The translations under genes and the position numbers were made by a program. DNA of 63,156 nucleotides, the filler included, from Olpidium bornovanus S191 (taxonomy: Eukaryota; Fungi; Olpidiomycota), in assembly GCA_017911155.1 (NCBI GenBank). It is 27 parts of 27 records of this genome, joined end to end, with 100 filler letters (N's around TTAATTAATTAA, not from the genome) between each part and the next. Parts side by side here need not be neighbours in the genome. Positions count along the whole stretch, not along the records: positions 37,997 to 39,338 come from JAEFCI010008511.1; positions 39,439 to 40,532 come from JAEFCI010011213.1; positions 40,633 to 41,837 come from JAEFCI010002783.1; positions 41,938 to 44,064 come from JAEFCI010009788.1; positions 44,165 to 47,809 come from JAEFCI010004331.1; positions 47,910 to 49,883 come from JAEFCI010005166.1; positions 49,984 to 55,910 come from JAEFCI010009182.1; 20 more parts are not named here. One strand, written 5' to 3'. Positions 37,997-50,122 of this stretch are shown piece by piece. The notes below the pieces were generated by a model. The model saw nothing but the letters and a program-made list of their open reading frames with translations. It was not told the origin of the DNA and made no database searches. Within the stretch, counting starts at the first letter, position 1. Each line of letters starts with the position of its first letter.

Positions 37997-39112
37997 AGAG
38001 ACCGCGGTTCCGATTGATCAGATACGCCTCCAGGGGATTAGGCTCGTCAACGGAGCGCGTCGGCAGCGGCAGGTACTTGATCGCTTGCGCATAGTTAACG
38101 GGGCCAATATGTCCATGCCCGGGGACGAGAAGTACTGCGGTAGAAATGGCGCGGGCGACGAATTGCGTAGCGCGTGCGCAGGAGTCTCGGACGCTGCATC
38201 CGCGTGCGAGGAACGCACAAATTGCGGCCGACAGAGTGCACCCCGCCCCGTGCGTCGACGTGGTGTGACAACGCGGACGGCAGAATACGGTGTCTATACG
38301 GTTCTCGCTCGCATCCCAAAGCACGTCCCGCACAGTTTCGCCTCCGCCTTGGCCGCCCTTGAGGAGCACCCATCGCGGGCCTTGGGCCCCGATCGCTTCG
38401 CACACCTCGCGCAGCGCGTCATCGTTCCCGAGCGGGAAATCAGCCGGTTTACCTGCCAAGGCGAGAGCTTCGAAGTAGTTCGGGGTCACCACCGTCGCGA
38501 GCGGCAGCAGGCGCCGCCTCAAAGGCTCGACGGCGTCGGAGGACAAAAGTGTATCGCCGGAGCTCGAGACCATGACGGGGTCCAACACCACGTGCGGAGC
38601 AACCGCGGGCTGGCGGCCGTCCGCCGCTTGGAGGCCAGTTCGGAAGGTGTATGCTTTTGTCAGGACGTCTGCTACGGCCTCGACAACCGGAGCTGAGTGT
38701 AGCATGCCTTTCGTCGTCCCGGGCGGGAGCGTGGGCAACCGCGAACCGCCACATACCGCGGTGGTGGTCAGCGGAATGGGGAGGGGGGCGGGGGGGGGTC
38801 CAGCACGCGGTAACGGCAACATCTTGGGGAAGCACACCTACCTAGCTTCACGCTGTCGGCTCCGATGTCAAGCAGGACGGAGCGGAGCTGCGCCCGCACG
38901 AAGTCAGGGTGGACCCCTTGGGTGGCCTGAACGCCCAGGGTGTTCTGGGCGGTCAGGGCAGTGACCGCGGTGGTGCCGTAAACCTGCAAGGCGAAAAACG
39001 TCTTGAGGTCGGCCTGGATCCCGGCGCCGCCGCCGCTGTCGGAGCCTGCGATCGTGAGACAGCGGCCACGCATCTGGGCGCTTCGCACGGCGACCTGAGC
39101 GGCAGCTCGGGC
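37997..39112 (-). CDS. Hydroxymethylpyrimidine(-phosphate) kinase ThiD/THI20-like (exons 39112-38842, 38707->37997); partial at both ends
   Basis: [37 protein letters not shown]|[35 protein letters not shown]. Confidence 0.93.
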
Positions 39113-39499
39113 CTGTGGGGCAGTGCCGCAAGCCGCGGGTCGGTCGTTGCGGCGCGGCAACGTGTGCACCCTCCTCCCCGCCACCCCAGCACGCGAAGCG
39201 GCGCGGGCGGGAAACGAGAGGGCCCCGACGGGAATTCTCCCGCCCGCGCAACAGCGCTCTCGCGCAGCGGCCGTTTTTGCCAGCGCTTGACGGAGGGGGG
39301 GGGGGGGGGGGCCCCCCCGCGCCCCCCCCCCCCCTTCCNNNNNNNNNNNNNNNNNNNNNNNNNNNNNNNNNNNNNNNNNNNNTTAATTAATTAANNNNNN
39401 NNNNNNNNNNNNNNNNNNNNNNNNNNNNNNNNNNNNNNGAGGAAGCTCCTCTTTTTCTTCTTCTTCTTCGGCTGGCGCTTCTGGGTAACGTTGGACCTG

Positions 39500-40320
39500 C
39501 GGGAAGTTTCCTCCGCCTCCTTCTGCTCCGCCCGGCGCTCGAGCTGTTGCTTGGCCATGGAATTCGCGAACCGCGCGCGCGCGCGTGGCGAGAACAGAAC
39601 GCGGGCGCGCCTCGGGAGTGGGTGGGGGAGTGGGACAAGAAAACCCACCATTAAAAAAAAAAAATAAAAATAAAAATAAAAAAATAAGGAAATTGGCCTC
39701 TTCTCACAACCCACCCGCTTGACGCCGTCTTCCTCCGGGCCGACGGCGGCGGCGGGTTCCGGCGCCGCGTGCCGGACGGCGGCGCTTCCCCCTCCTCCCG
39801 CTACCCATCCTCCTTTTCCTCCGCCGCCGCCGCCCGCGGCGGCCCGGCTCGAGCCGCGGATCGCGTCGAGGATGTCCTGCATTAGCTGCCTTTCGAGCCT
39901 CGCGCACTCCGCCTTGGACAGGTCGTCCCTCCCCTCCAGCCTCAGGTCGACCTCGCCGGGAGGCACGAGCCTGTCCCCGCGGTAGCTCGACCCGTGCGCG
40001 CGCAGCCAGCACCGCTCCAGGTGCTCCAGCCGTGCGCGGAACCTCGCGAGCCGCGCGGCGCCCACGGCCCTCTCGGCCGCGGGCGTCGTCACGCCGACCT
40101 TGGTCGGGTGGAAGAGCCGGGCGTCCCACTTGTTTCCCCCGAGGAGGCCGTCCTCCCTATCCCCCTCCTCCCCCTCCCCGTCCTCCCGCTCGGCACCGCA
40201 CGCGCCCCGGAGCCTCGCTCCGCCGCCGCCGACGTCGGCGGACACCGCCGGCGGCGGCGGCGGCAGCTTCTTAATCTCGGGGATTAGCGACGGGACATGG
40301 TCGCGCTCCTCGGTCCCGAG
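39500..40320 (-). CDS. Unidentified coding exon(s)
   Basis: GC3-rich segment KWDARLFHPTKVGVTTPAAERAVGAARLARFRARLEHLERCW...ERQLMQDILDAIRG. Family not recognised. Confidence 0.5.
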
Positions 40321-40632
40321 CGTTTGAGAGAATTTCCCTGAAGGGGCTTTTTTTGGGAAGGGGGGGGATGGAAAAAAGAGAAAAAGAAAAGGAGGGCGCG
40401 CACGACCACCGCATGGCTGTTCGGCCAAATTTGGGGCTCAAGAGAGCGATCTATGATAGTGAAGTTGATGAGAAAGGCGAACATTACGTAAATCGTGCCG
40501 GCCGGATGAGGACGTCTCATTACACGGTATCCNNNNNNNNNNNNNNNNNNNNNNNNNNNNNNNNNNNNNNNNNNNNTTAATTAATTAANNNNNNNNNNNN
40601 NNNNNNNNNNNNNNNNNNNNNNNNNNNNNNNN

Positions 40633-41837
40633 CATGTCGGTCTCGTCTTCGCTTTCGAACTCATCCAGGCTTTCTGCCGTGGACGGCGACGCCACTTGCG
40701 CGTGACGGAGCGCGATTTCGCGCTGCGAAAAATTCGCGCGGTACGAACGGGCGGCCCTTTCGCAAAGAACTTCCGCGGACACCGGACCGGCGAGAAGAGC
40801 GGACGCTAGCGACGACTCTAGGCTGGGGACCGGCCCGTCTTCCGTTAGCGGAAGAAGAGTGTATCCCTGGCCAAAAAGCGAGAAACAGATAAATCTCCGG
40901 ACTTTTTGTATCGTCAGCCAACCGCCAGTACCACCCACGTTCCTACCTCGTTTTCAAACCTGCCAGCTGCCCAGCGCGTTTCTAACGTCCGGTGCTGTAC
41001 GCCAAGAGTCTGCAGGCCATCGCTACAGTAAAGCCGGAGTCAGCCTGGGCGGGAACACAAAAATCCGGGACGGTAAGCGCAGAAGCACGATGACCTTATC
41101 GCCTGCGCCCAGCTGTCGCGGTTCCCGTCGGCGACGTCCGCAAACCGCGGTATCTCGACGCGCTCGTCTCCCGTTTCTCCGAGCAACATCGGCGCAATGT
41201 TTAGCGCGCCGAATAGCGCTGAGAGATACCGTCGCAACACTCGCTTGGACGGCGGGTCGACGAGAATGTGCGGCACAGAGAAAAGAGCCGCGAATCGTCG
41301 ATGCAGATTGGCGGCCTCCAGAGCTCGCAACGCGCGAGTTTCGCGCAAGCGCCGATCAGGCAATATCCGCAGATCTGCACTCCGCAGGCAACCGTTGTCA
41401 GCGAGAAGCTTCACGACTCCGGGCCCCACCGTCACGACCCAAGCGTCGTGCGATTCGTCAAACTGGATGTCCCAGGCCGCCTCGTTACTGATTCCCGCCC
41501 ACTTCCCGACCTCCAGAACGTCGACCACGTAGGCATCCGCGTCGATCCGGTGATCGAAAAGCACACGCGCCAGCGGTACGCCGTGATGATCGGCGTGCCC
41601 GGGGCCGTCCTCGCTGCTCGCCAGCCAGCCACAGCCGTGGACGCGACCGGCGATACCCGCGAGAAGCATCGCACGCCCTTCCTCCGATTCAACCGCTTTT
41701 TCCCCTTCGTCAAGGACCAGGGACGTCAACCCCGAGCAGAGAGCCCGGTGGTAGGCACGGCCGCCAGCGCCTCCCGCAGCGTCGTTACGCCGAGCAAGAA
41801 GATGGCCGACCTCAACATAAGTCGCCGCCTCCATGCC
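40633..41837 (-). CDS. Unidentified spliced protein fragment
   Basis: A 264-aa open frame (41834-41040) plus a second segment near 40860-40633. Globular composition, no recognised motif. Confidence 0.55.
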
Positions 41838-41943
41838 NNNNNNNNNNNNNNNNNNNNNNNNNNNNNNNNNNNNNNNNNNNNTTAATTAATTAANNNNNNN
41901 NNNNNNNNNNNNNNNNNNNNNNNNNNNNNNNNNNNNNAATTTT

Positions 41944-41988
<45 letters not shown>

Positions 41989-42253
41989 TTGCCTTTGGGG
42001 AGAAAGCCGAACGGCGGGGGGCAGCCGCACACCCCGTTCCCAAATTCCGTCCGCCTTTCCCGCGAAATTTCCCGCCCGCTCGGAAATTAACACCCGCCCA
42101 AATCCCCACTCCGCCCCCTCGGTCTCCTTCCCCACGCCCTCTCCCCCTGCCCGCTTTTCTTTTCTCCTCCTCTCAAGTAGTTCCCCGCTCTTCCCCCACA
42201 CAAGCTCCCTTTTCCCCTCTCTTCTCTTCTTCCCCCCTCGTCCCTTCCCCGAT

Positions 42254-42344
<91 letters not shown>

Positions 42345-42488
42345 TCCCCTCCCCTTGCCCTCACCTTCCCCCTAAACTCTCCCGTTCGCCCCCTCCCACC
42401 CGAAGATCCGAATAATCGAAAAGAAAAAAAACCAAGGAAAAACCGTTTGCAACGGGAAAAAAAATCACCTTCCTTTTTCCCGCCGCAG

Positions 42489-43012
42489 ATGGGCAAGTTC
42501 ATCTGGAGCCTGTGGGCCAACTACGTCGCCCTCACGGGCGGCTTCATCCTTTTCGCGCTCGGCCTGGAGTCCTGCGCGTACCCGCTGGGCACGTTCGCGC
42601 TGCTCAGGCCGGTCCTGGACGTCCTTTTCCTGCCCGTGCCCATTTTCCAGATCCTCTTGGTGTGAGTAGTCGACGTCGAAAGAAAAAAAAAAAAAAGGAA
42701 AAACAAAAAAAGAAAAAAAAGAAAAAACAAAACTGACCGCTTCGCGCCCCTCCCCCCCCCATCCTCCTCCTCGTACCCCCGCGCCGCAGCCTTGTGAGCG
42801 TGGTGATCATGGCAATTGAGTGGCCGATCAAGGGAGTGAGCGACAATCTCGCGCAGACGAGCCACCTGTTCCGCGCCGTCTTCTACGGCGTCACGGGCTT
42901 CGTCGCAATTTTCTGCAACCAGACGGTGAACCCCGGGCTCTACCTCATGATCGCGGGCGGAGCGTACTGGAAGGCCGTGATGAACAACGAGGAGGAAGCT
43001 ACGGCGGGGTAG
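42489..43012 (+). CDS. NADPH oxidase small subunit NoxD/Pro41 (p22phox homologue); exons 42489-42661 and 42790-43012
   Basis: MGKFIWSLWANYVALTGG...LDVLFLPVPIFQIL...AIEWPIK...SHLFRAVFY...NQTVNPGLYLMIAGGAYWKA matches my recollection of the NoxD pattern (LD..VKPVPILQI, AWEWPL, YQ.TN). Confidence 0.8.
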
Positions 43013-43354
43013 AACAAGAAAAAAAAAAGAGGAAAAAAAACGAAAGGAGAAAAGGGCCGAGTTCTGTTAAGGCCCGCGGAGCCCCCAGTCAAACTACCCG
43101 AGAAGGATGCGGTCCCTTCCTCCTTTGAGCCGCAAGGAGAAAAAGGACGAAAGGACCCCCCCCCTCCTCCCCCACCACCCCCCGCCGTCGCCGTTGTTGT
43201 TGCCGATGGTCAGAGCTGGACTTTTTCAACCTTCTCAGGCGGGGCGGGGGTGGGGCTTTGTGAGGCTCAACAGTACCGCCCTCATCTTCCGTTTTTCTTT
43301 TTCATTCGTCCTACATTTGCCGTGTACATATCATACCAAACGAGTGTTCCGCAC

Positions 43355-43597
43355 GCAATATTAAAAGTACTCCTGCCGGATTCAGGGATAGGCGAGGCCG
43401 TGCTTTCTGTTGTGCACCCCCCACCCACCCGAGATTTATAATACCTCCTGCCAAACAATATCAAAAATATTCCTGCCGGATTCGAGGAATGGCGAGGCCG
43501 ATGGCCGTGTTGTTTGTTGTGTATCTCCCGATATTCAAAATACTTCCTGCCGAATTCGAGGATCGGCGAGGCCAATGGCCGTGTTGTTTGTTGTGTG
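43355..43597. repeat. Minisatellite of three degenerate ~75-100-bp units
   Basis: AAAATACTTCCTGCCG(G/A)ATTCGAGG...GGCGAGGCC...GTTGTG occurs three times, with a partial fourth. Confidence 0.85.
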
Positions 43598-44750
43598 ACC
43601 CCTCCCGCCCACCTCCCTGCCGTTTCCCGGCGTTCCGCCGAGTTCGTGCGCAGGCCGTGCCTCGTCGTTCGATTGGCGGCGTCTGCGCAAAGTCTACGAC
43701 TGCTGGAATGCTCGGGTGCCTGTGCCTGCAGACCAATAAATAAATAAAAAGGCGGACATGTCAGTTTTTGTTTTACCCGCGCGCTGATCGAGGTTCCAGC
43801 CAGTTCGCGAAAACCACGGAATCTAACTCAGTCAAATGAGTCCCGCAATTAGACCGACTGGGCATGTACGTCTGGAGGGGCAGTCTTTCGCATCAGTTCC
43901 CTTTTGCGCCTTTCGCCCCGGCTTCACCTCGACCGAGATGGTTCATGGCGCACTCATATTCGAACCGGATGATGTTCGGGATGTGGTACGAGTCACTGCG
44001 TCGTCGAATTGTCAGAAGCCCGACCGCGGCCGTTTGAAACAGCCGGATTGCAAAAACGAAAAGGNNNNNNNNNNNNNNNNNNNNNNNNNNNNNNNNNNNN
44101 NNNNNNNNTTAATTAATTAANNNNNNNNNNNNNNNNNNNNNNNNNNNNNNNNNNNNNNNNNNNNACGAATGGTGCCGCCTAAAGTAGGGACAAAAAAAAA
44201 AAAAAAAAAAAAGAGCAGACCGGATCATTGTTATATCTTTTTCTTCCCACCCGCACACGTCAGAAAATCCCATAACCCGCCCATGGGCCTTCTTAATCGC
44301 GCCCCCTTTGCCCTCGCCACTCCCTTTTACCTTTCCCGGGGCTTCGTCCGCTGCCATATGGAAAAAAAAAAGTTTCCTTGCGTTCGGATTCGCGTTTTTC
44401 GTGCGGTTTTTCCTGCGGCTTTTCGTGCACGGTTGTTTGCGGGCTTTTACGGATTGTCTCCGCCCCGGCAGGTGGAGGGGAGGGGAGCACGTCTCCGCAA
44501 GCGCATACGTGGCAATATTCGTCCCGACGACCGCGAAGGCCCTTTTGTTTTCCTTTTCCTTTTTTTCTGCTTTGTCTTGATGCGCGCAGCTTGGCGAATC
44601 ATCTCGAGGCCGTATTCGCCTTCCGTGCCAGAAACGGGAACCCGGAGGAGCAAGAAGAACCGACCCCACAGGTCGCCGGTCGCTGGAACGCCGCGCCCGA
44701 AAAGAGACCCCGCCGCACGATGACGTGAAGCGGAACGGGAGAAAGCCGTG

Positions 44751-47741
44751 ATGACAAGTCTGCTCGCCGTAGTCCTCGTCGTCAGCTCGTCCCGGGGCCA
44801 CCATTTCGTGTTCAGCTACCCCGCAAACCCGAGGAGAAGTGCGGGGAACTGGGAAGCCGGCGCCGTGCAGGCACCGAAGGGCGCCGACGGGGAGGCGGGC
44901 TCGCCGGAGCCGCGGGACGCCGGCCCCCCGGCCACTTCCGGGACCGGCACGCCCAGCCCAGTGTCCTCCGCGGTCGCACCGCTGCCGGACTCGAGCGGCA
45001 CAGTGTCGCCGGACGGTCCGTCAGCGGGCCGCATGCACTCCCAGGCGCCCGCGTCGCGGCACCCGCGCATCAAGGCCGGCGCTCCGCCCGGCGGCTTCCA
45101 GCGCCGTTGGACCGGCGGGGGCGAGGCGGACGGCGCGAAACACCAACAGCTGCTTCATTCAAACGGCGCGACCGCCGTGTCGGACGTTCAGACGGTGCTC
45201 GGGTACAACACTCAGTTCCTGGCCAACGTGCTGACTCCAAAGAGGTCGCTTTGCGACCGCCGGTTCCAGATGACGGTCGGCGATCTGACGTTTTTGGGTC
45301 ACCCGGTGTACATCGGCACCGAGGGCGAGCAGGACGCGGGCGGGCGCGGGCGAAGGCTCAGCGGGCCACCCTACTCCGCGCCGGCGGCGGGTGTGGGCGA
45401 GTTTCAGACGTTCCTCGGCCGAAGCAACGTCAGCCACCCTCCGCACCGGCGCGTTCCGTCGATGTCCGCCATTCCGCTGGCAGGAGCGGGGATCGGAACG
45501 CCCCAAACTTGGAGGGGCGGGCCTCTTGCGACGGCGTTCTCTGAAGCGGCGAGCAACAGCAGCAGCGCTCAGTGGTTCATGCCGACGTCGACGGCATCGT
45601 CGCCGGAGATCAACTTCCTGCACCCGAAAGGTGACAACACGCCCACCGAGCGGTCCTCCACGTCGTCGCCGGTGCCGGCGTCGGCCCCTTTCACGGCGGA
45701 CGTCGGCGCCGCAGGCCATACCGGAGCGACGCCCGGGCGCGCACCGTCTATTTTGCTGACGAAGAGGACACCCGCGGCGAACCAGCGTTCGACGCCGCCA
45801 ACAGACTCAATGTTTTTGGGCGCCGCCCCGCCGACACGCCCGGGCGGCGCCCCCCTGCGGCACAATTCTGTGCCGATGGTCCTCACCAAACGGGCCGCCG
45901 CCGGTACGCTTGCGGCAGCATGTGCACATCATCCTCACTCCGCCATTTCACAGACTCCTGGGGTGTCCGGCCCTGTAAGCGTTGTCCCTGTCCTGCCGAC
46001 GCCGACCCCGTCGCTTCAGAGCGCTGTGGTCTCACCCCCGGCCGGAGAGGCACCGCACGCGTCAGGGGACCTCACTGCCAGCTCTACGTCCACTGCGTCT
46101 CCGCCCTCTGGATTCGTGTTTCCATGTCTCCCTTCGAGCATGGCAACAGCAACCGGCGGGGTCCCGTCGGGACCCACCTCCGCAACCCAAACGACCTCCT
46201 TCCACCTTGCGTTTATCCTCGATCCTGACCCGTTGGAAAGGAATAGGGTTACCGAGGAGATGTACCGGCAGGTTGTCAGAAAGCTGACCATGGCCTTGCG
46301 GCACGAACAAGTGCGGTGCCGTTATGTTTCGATTGAGGCAGAGAAGATTCTGAAAATTAAAGACTGTGCGGTTCTAGAAGGTGAGGGCGACCGACGCGTA
46401 TATGCCGTGAGGATACGGCGAGTTTGCCCGTAATCACAGGCACCGGCCTTTCCGCCTAACCGCTTTTCTTTTTGCACTGAGACCAACGTTGAAGGCAAAT
46501 GTCACTCACACTGCGTGCCTATGATTTGACGACTTTGTTATAGGCTTTACCCAAGAGGAGACGCTGTCTGCTGTCTTGAGTTCGTCTTCGTTAGCCCGAG
46601 ACCTCTCCCGAGTTTACCACGCGCTCATCAGCGACCGGATCGCTCAGATCGTTGTGAACGGATATCTCGACTTGTCGCTGCAGATGCCCAAGATAAGGCT
46701 CCCTAACGTCGTCGGGCCGGTCTGCCCGGCAACCGAGGTCGAACACGGTTCCGCGGCCTTTGACGGTGCCAGATCGGACGCGGATTTCCATCACGCCGCT
46801 GGCGCCCTGCAATTGCGAGCGGACGACGTGGCCTATTGTCTGCCGGCGGGCGTCCCGCGCTTCGCGCCGTATTTCACGCTGCTCCTCCTCAAGGAGAAGG
46901 AGGAAATCTTGCGCGCGTTACCCGCCGACGCCTCGGGCGTGTTGATCAAGTTTTTGGAGGTCCTCACGCCGACAAAGTGGTTAGTTCGTCTCAGATACTT
47001 ATCTCTCGGGCAACGTTGATCATTTATTCATACTGGAAAATCCTTCTGCGCGATATCGTCTCATTGCAGCTTTGCGGAACTACAAATAATCTGCGAGACT
47101 TCCCTGGCGCAATTATACAAAATCGCGGCGCACCTAGTATACTGGCAAAAGGCTCGCGTCATCGACGTTATTTCCTCGCGAAATGTGTACGTCGTCTCTC
47201 CCAATGCCCCATTGAATACGTGAGTTTCTCCTAAGAGCCTGTCACGAATAAGCGACTTTTGATTTACTTAAAACAGCGGTAGGTTCCGACTTTAACAGTT
47301 TCCCTCCCTCCCTCCCCCTCTTCCCAAAAAAAAACCCCCCAGCGTTCCGGAGCTCACGATCAAATTCATGAAACGCTTCCCGAACAGTACAATCCACCTG
47401 CCAGTGCTGCTCGCGAGCTTGTCACCACCGCGACCGTTCAGCGCTCTGATTCCGAGCCGCGACCAGCGCTCCGCCTATCTGGGAGCCGTGGCGTTTTTGC
47501 TCGCGCGGGGAATCATAGTGCAGCTGCACACATATGTCTACCTGCTGATTCCACCCCACGTCAAGCTGGGACTGCTGCTGGACGAGTACGAACGCCTCGG
47601 CTACGGCAGCGCCCTTGCAGCGGTCGCCGGTGACACGGCCCGTATCGTGTCGATGCCGGCCCAGTCTACCGAGATGGAGAGGGACTGGATTTCGAAGATG
47701 GCGAAGGGTCAGACGAGAGCCGTTGCAGAAAACTTCCTAAG
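44751..47741 (+). CDS. NPR3: GATOR1/SEACIT subunit Npr3/NPRL3; 3' truncated
   Basis: LLAVVLVVSSSRGHHFVFSYP, LGYNTQFLANVLTPKRSLCDRRFQMTVGDLTFLGHPV, LTMALRHEQVRCRYVS, YKIAAHLVYWQKARVIDVIS. Introns at about 46381-46543, 46977-47068 and 47221-47342. Confidence 0.92.
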
Positions 47742-47909
47742 GTAGTCGGCGGATGCGCGGAAAAAGGGCGGGGAGGAGATTGCGATGTTATGGACGTCAG
47801 AGGAACATGNNNNNNNNNNNNNNNNNNNNNNNNNNNNNNNNNNNNNNNNNNNNTTAATTAATTAANNNNNNNNNNNNNNNNNNNNNNNNNNNNNNNNNNN
47901 NNNNNNNNN

Positions 47910-49600
47910 CATGCTTTTGGCGGGCTCCTGTCGAAGCTGGGCAACCTTGGAAGCGAAAATCTGTTTAGGATTCAATGCGTAGGACAACGCATACAGATTT
48001 GCAAGAACGTCAAGGCCTTCCTGGAGCGTCGAAAGTGGACAGTGATGCTCCATATCCCGGTTCAGAAAACTGCACAACTTGGAGACGCGTTGTTGCGCAA
48101 TTCAGCGAGCTTCTGGGCCTCAGTGAAGGTTCCAGACAGCTTGAGCTCGGAAAGGAAGCGCTGCTTCCACGCGATCCAGTCACCACCACACTGGAATGCA
48201 TTATCCCAAACTGGAGTCATGCGGACGTGGCAGCCGTGAGGGACGACATGGGAAACGCCGGTCGACTCTCCAGTCCGGTGATGGAGCCTCGGGGACGGCG
48301 AACGCTCCTCGTGCAAATCGGAAGACCATGATTCGGACGAGCTAGTCGACGAGGAGGACGATCTTTGATGGCGGCGGCGGCTTGTTGAAAGACGGCGACG
48401 AGACCGAGGCGGGGGTGAGCGAGATGAAGGCCGCTCGACGGGTGACGGCGTCGACGGGCTGGCGAGACGGGCGGCCGTACGATCGACGCTCGCCTGGAGG
48501 GGCGACAGGGAGCGGTTGGGGGCACGGTAAGTGGCCGCCATCTCGATAAGCTGCTCGTCGAGGGTGCCGCAGGTAACACTCAGCTCCTGCAATGAAACAG
48601 ACGGGTTGTCGATGATGGCGGGGAGAACGGTGTCAATGTTGACAAGAATTGCGGCAGCGGTGGCAGCACCAACACGCGCAACAATTGAAGCGCGCCACTC
48701 ATCAAGTCCAGCAAGCTTCTGCTGACAAAGGACGCGTCAGGAGCGTTTGCGGTATTGTGATGGCTGTCCTTGAGTCCGACACGGGCAGACGAAGCAGCAG
48801 CGGTGGTGGTGGCGACGGTGGCCTGTGTGTCCGGTTCTGGAACAAACAGGGGAACACGAAGCGGCGGTAAGTCCATGGGCGCGTCGAGGGACGGCGACAG
48901 TGGAATGGGGATGGTAGCGGGGTCGATGTTAGCACAGTCAACCGGCGCAGGAGACGACGTGGGCAAACGAACGACACAGGGTGACGGCGCAGTCCTTGCG
49001 GAAGCGGCGGCAGCGCTGGTCGCCTCCATGTGCGGAGACAGCGACTGGGGTGTTTTGCCTCGACGGCGTCGACGACACGGCGAGGGCATCGTCAGCGGCT
49101 CGACGAAAGGACATGGGTTACGGCAAACAAAGCGAATGAACAACAAAGCGAAGGGACGAAACGATTAAGCAAAAACGAACGAACGAACAAACGAACAAAC
49201 GAACAAACGAACAAATGAACGAACAAACGAACAAACGAACAAACGAACGAACAAACAAACGACTGATCGAACGAAATCGAAAGCGCGGTCGAGCAAGAAC
49301 AAGCTCAAAAACAAATGCGGCGGCGGGGTCGCGACGGGGGAAACGGTGCGGCAGCGGGCGGTGAGCACTTAGCGCGGACGCGACGGCAAGGCGGAAGCTG
49401 CCGGATGGCGCGGCGCGGCGGAGGGCAGCCTGGTGGCGAGGGCGGCCGGGTGGCGCGGTGGCACGGCGCGGTGGCGACACTTTGCGCGGGTGTGACGGCA
49501 AGGCGGAAGCTGCCGGATGGCGCGGCACGGCGGAGGGCGGCGCGGCGGAAGGCAGCCTGTTGGTGAGGGCTGCCGGGTGGCGCGGCGGCACCACGCGGTG
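47910..49600 (-). mobile_element. Retrotransposon gag remnant (about 48560-47910) with a repeat-rich GC leader
   Basis: DWIAWKQRFLSELKLSGTFTEAQKLAEL and KVAQLRQEPAKS resemble retrotransposon capsid motifs, with frameshifts. Upstream GC-rich direct repeats at 49300-49600. Confidence 0.55.
49174..49262. repeat. (AACG/AACA)n compound microsatellite
   Basis: Seen directly in the sequence. Confidence 0.9.
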
Positions 49601-49983
49601 GCGAATGCTCGCCCGTGGGTATACGTGCCCCGCCTTGGGCAATATGGTAGAGGTACATTGCCAGCCGAACGTTGTTGCTTGCGTCGTGATGTCCACACCA
49701 ATCAGCGTAAGCGGATCCAAAAAGCTTTGGCAAATCATCCGGAACAGGGCAGAGAATGTCCCGTCGAGGAGGGGGCCAGATTCACGAAAGAAAACATCTC
49801 GCCACCAGGTTGAGTGAGGAAGCATCCACCACTCGGGTCCCACACAACCGTTTGACGTCGCCGAGACATTGTGAAATGCCATGNNNNNNNNNNNNNNNNN
49901 NNNNNNNNNNNNNNNNNNNNNNNNNNNTTAATTAATTAANNNNNNNNNNNNNNNNNNNNNNNNNNNNNNNNNNNNNNNNNNNN

Positions 49984-50122
49984 CCAGCCGCGCTTCCCGG
50001 CGTTTGACCTTCCGCAGGTATTCGTGTAGCCAGGTACACTTCGTCGACTTGCCCGCACGGTCGCACCGTTCCAGGATCATGAGCGCCCCGCGCACCTGCA
50101 CCGGATCCGCCGGCTTCGTCAT
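49984..50122 (-). CDS. CDC8: Thymidylate (dTMP) kinase N-terminus with an atypical P-loop
   Basis: RGALMILERCDRAGKSTKC versus the family pattern RGALIVLEGxDRAGKSTQ. Confidence 0.75.

Noticed and set aside
42489-43012. Golgi protein TVP18 as the identity of the small 4-TM protein
   Set aside because: The PVPIFQI, EWP and Q-T-V-N-P motifs and the N-terminus fit NoxD/p22phox better.
49610-49770. DLPKLFGSAYADWCGHHDASNNVRLA on the minus strand, faintly like a DEDDh exonuclease C-terminal motif
   Set aside because: It is short and frameshifted, lacks the catalytic D equivalent, and has no upstream exonuclease motifs.
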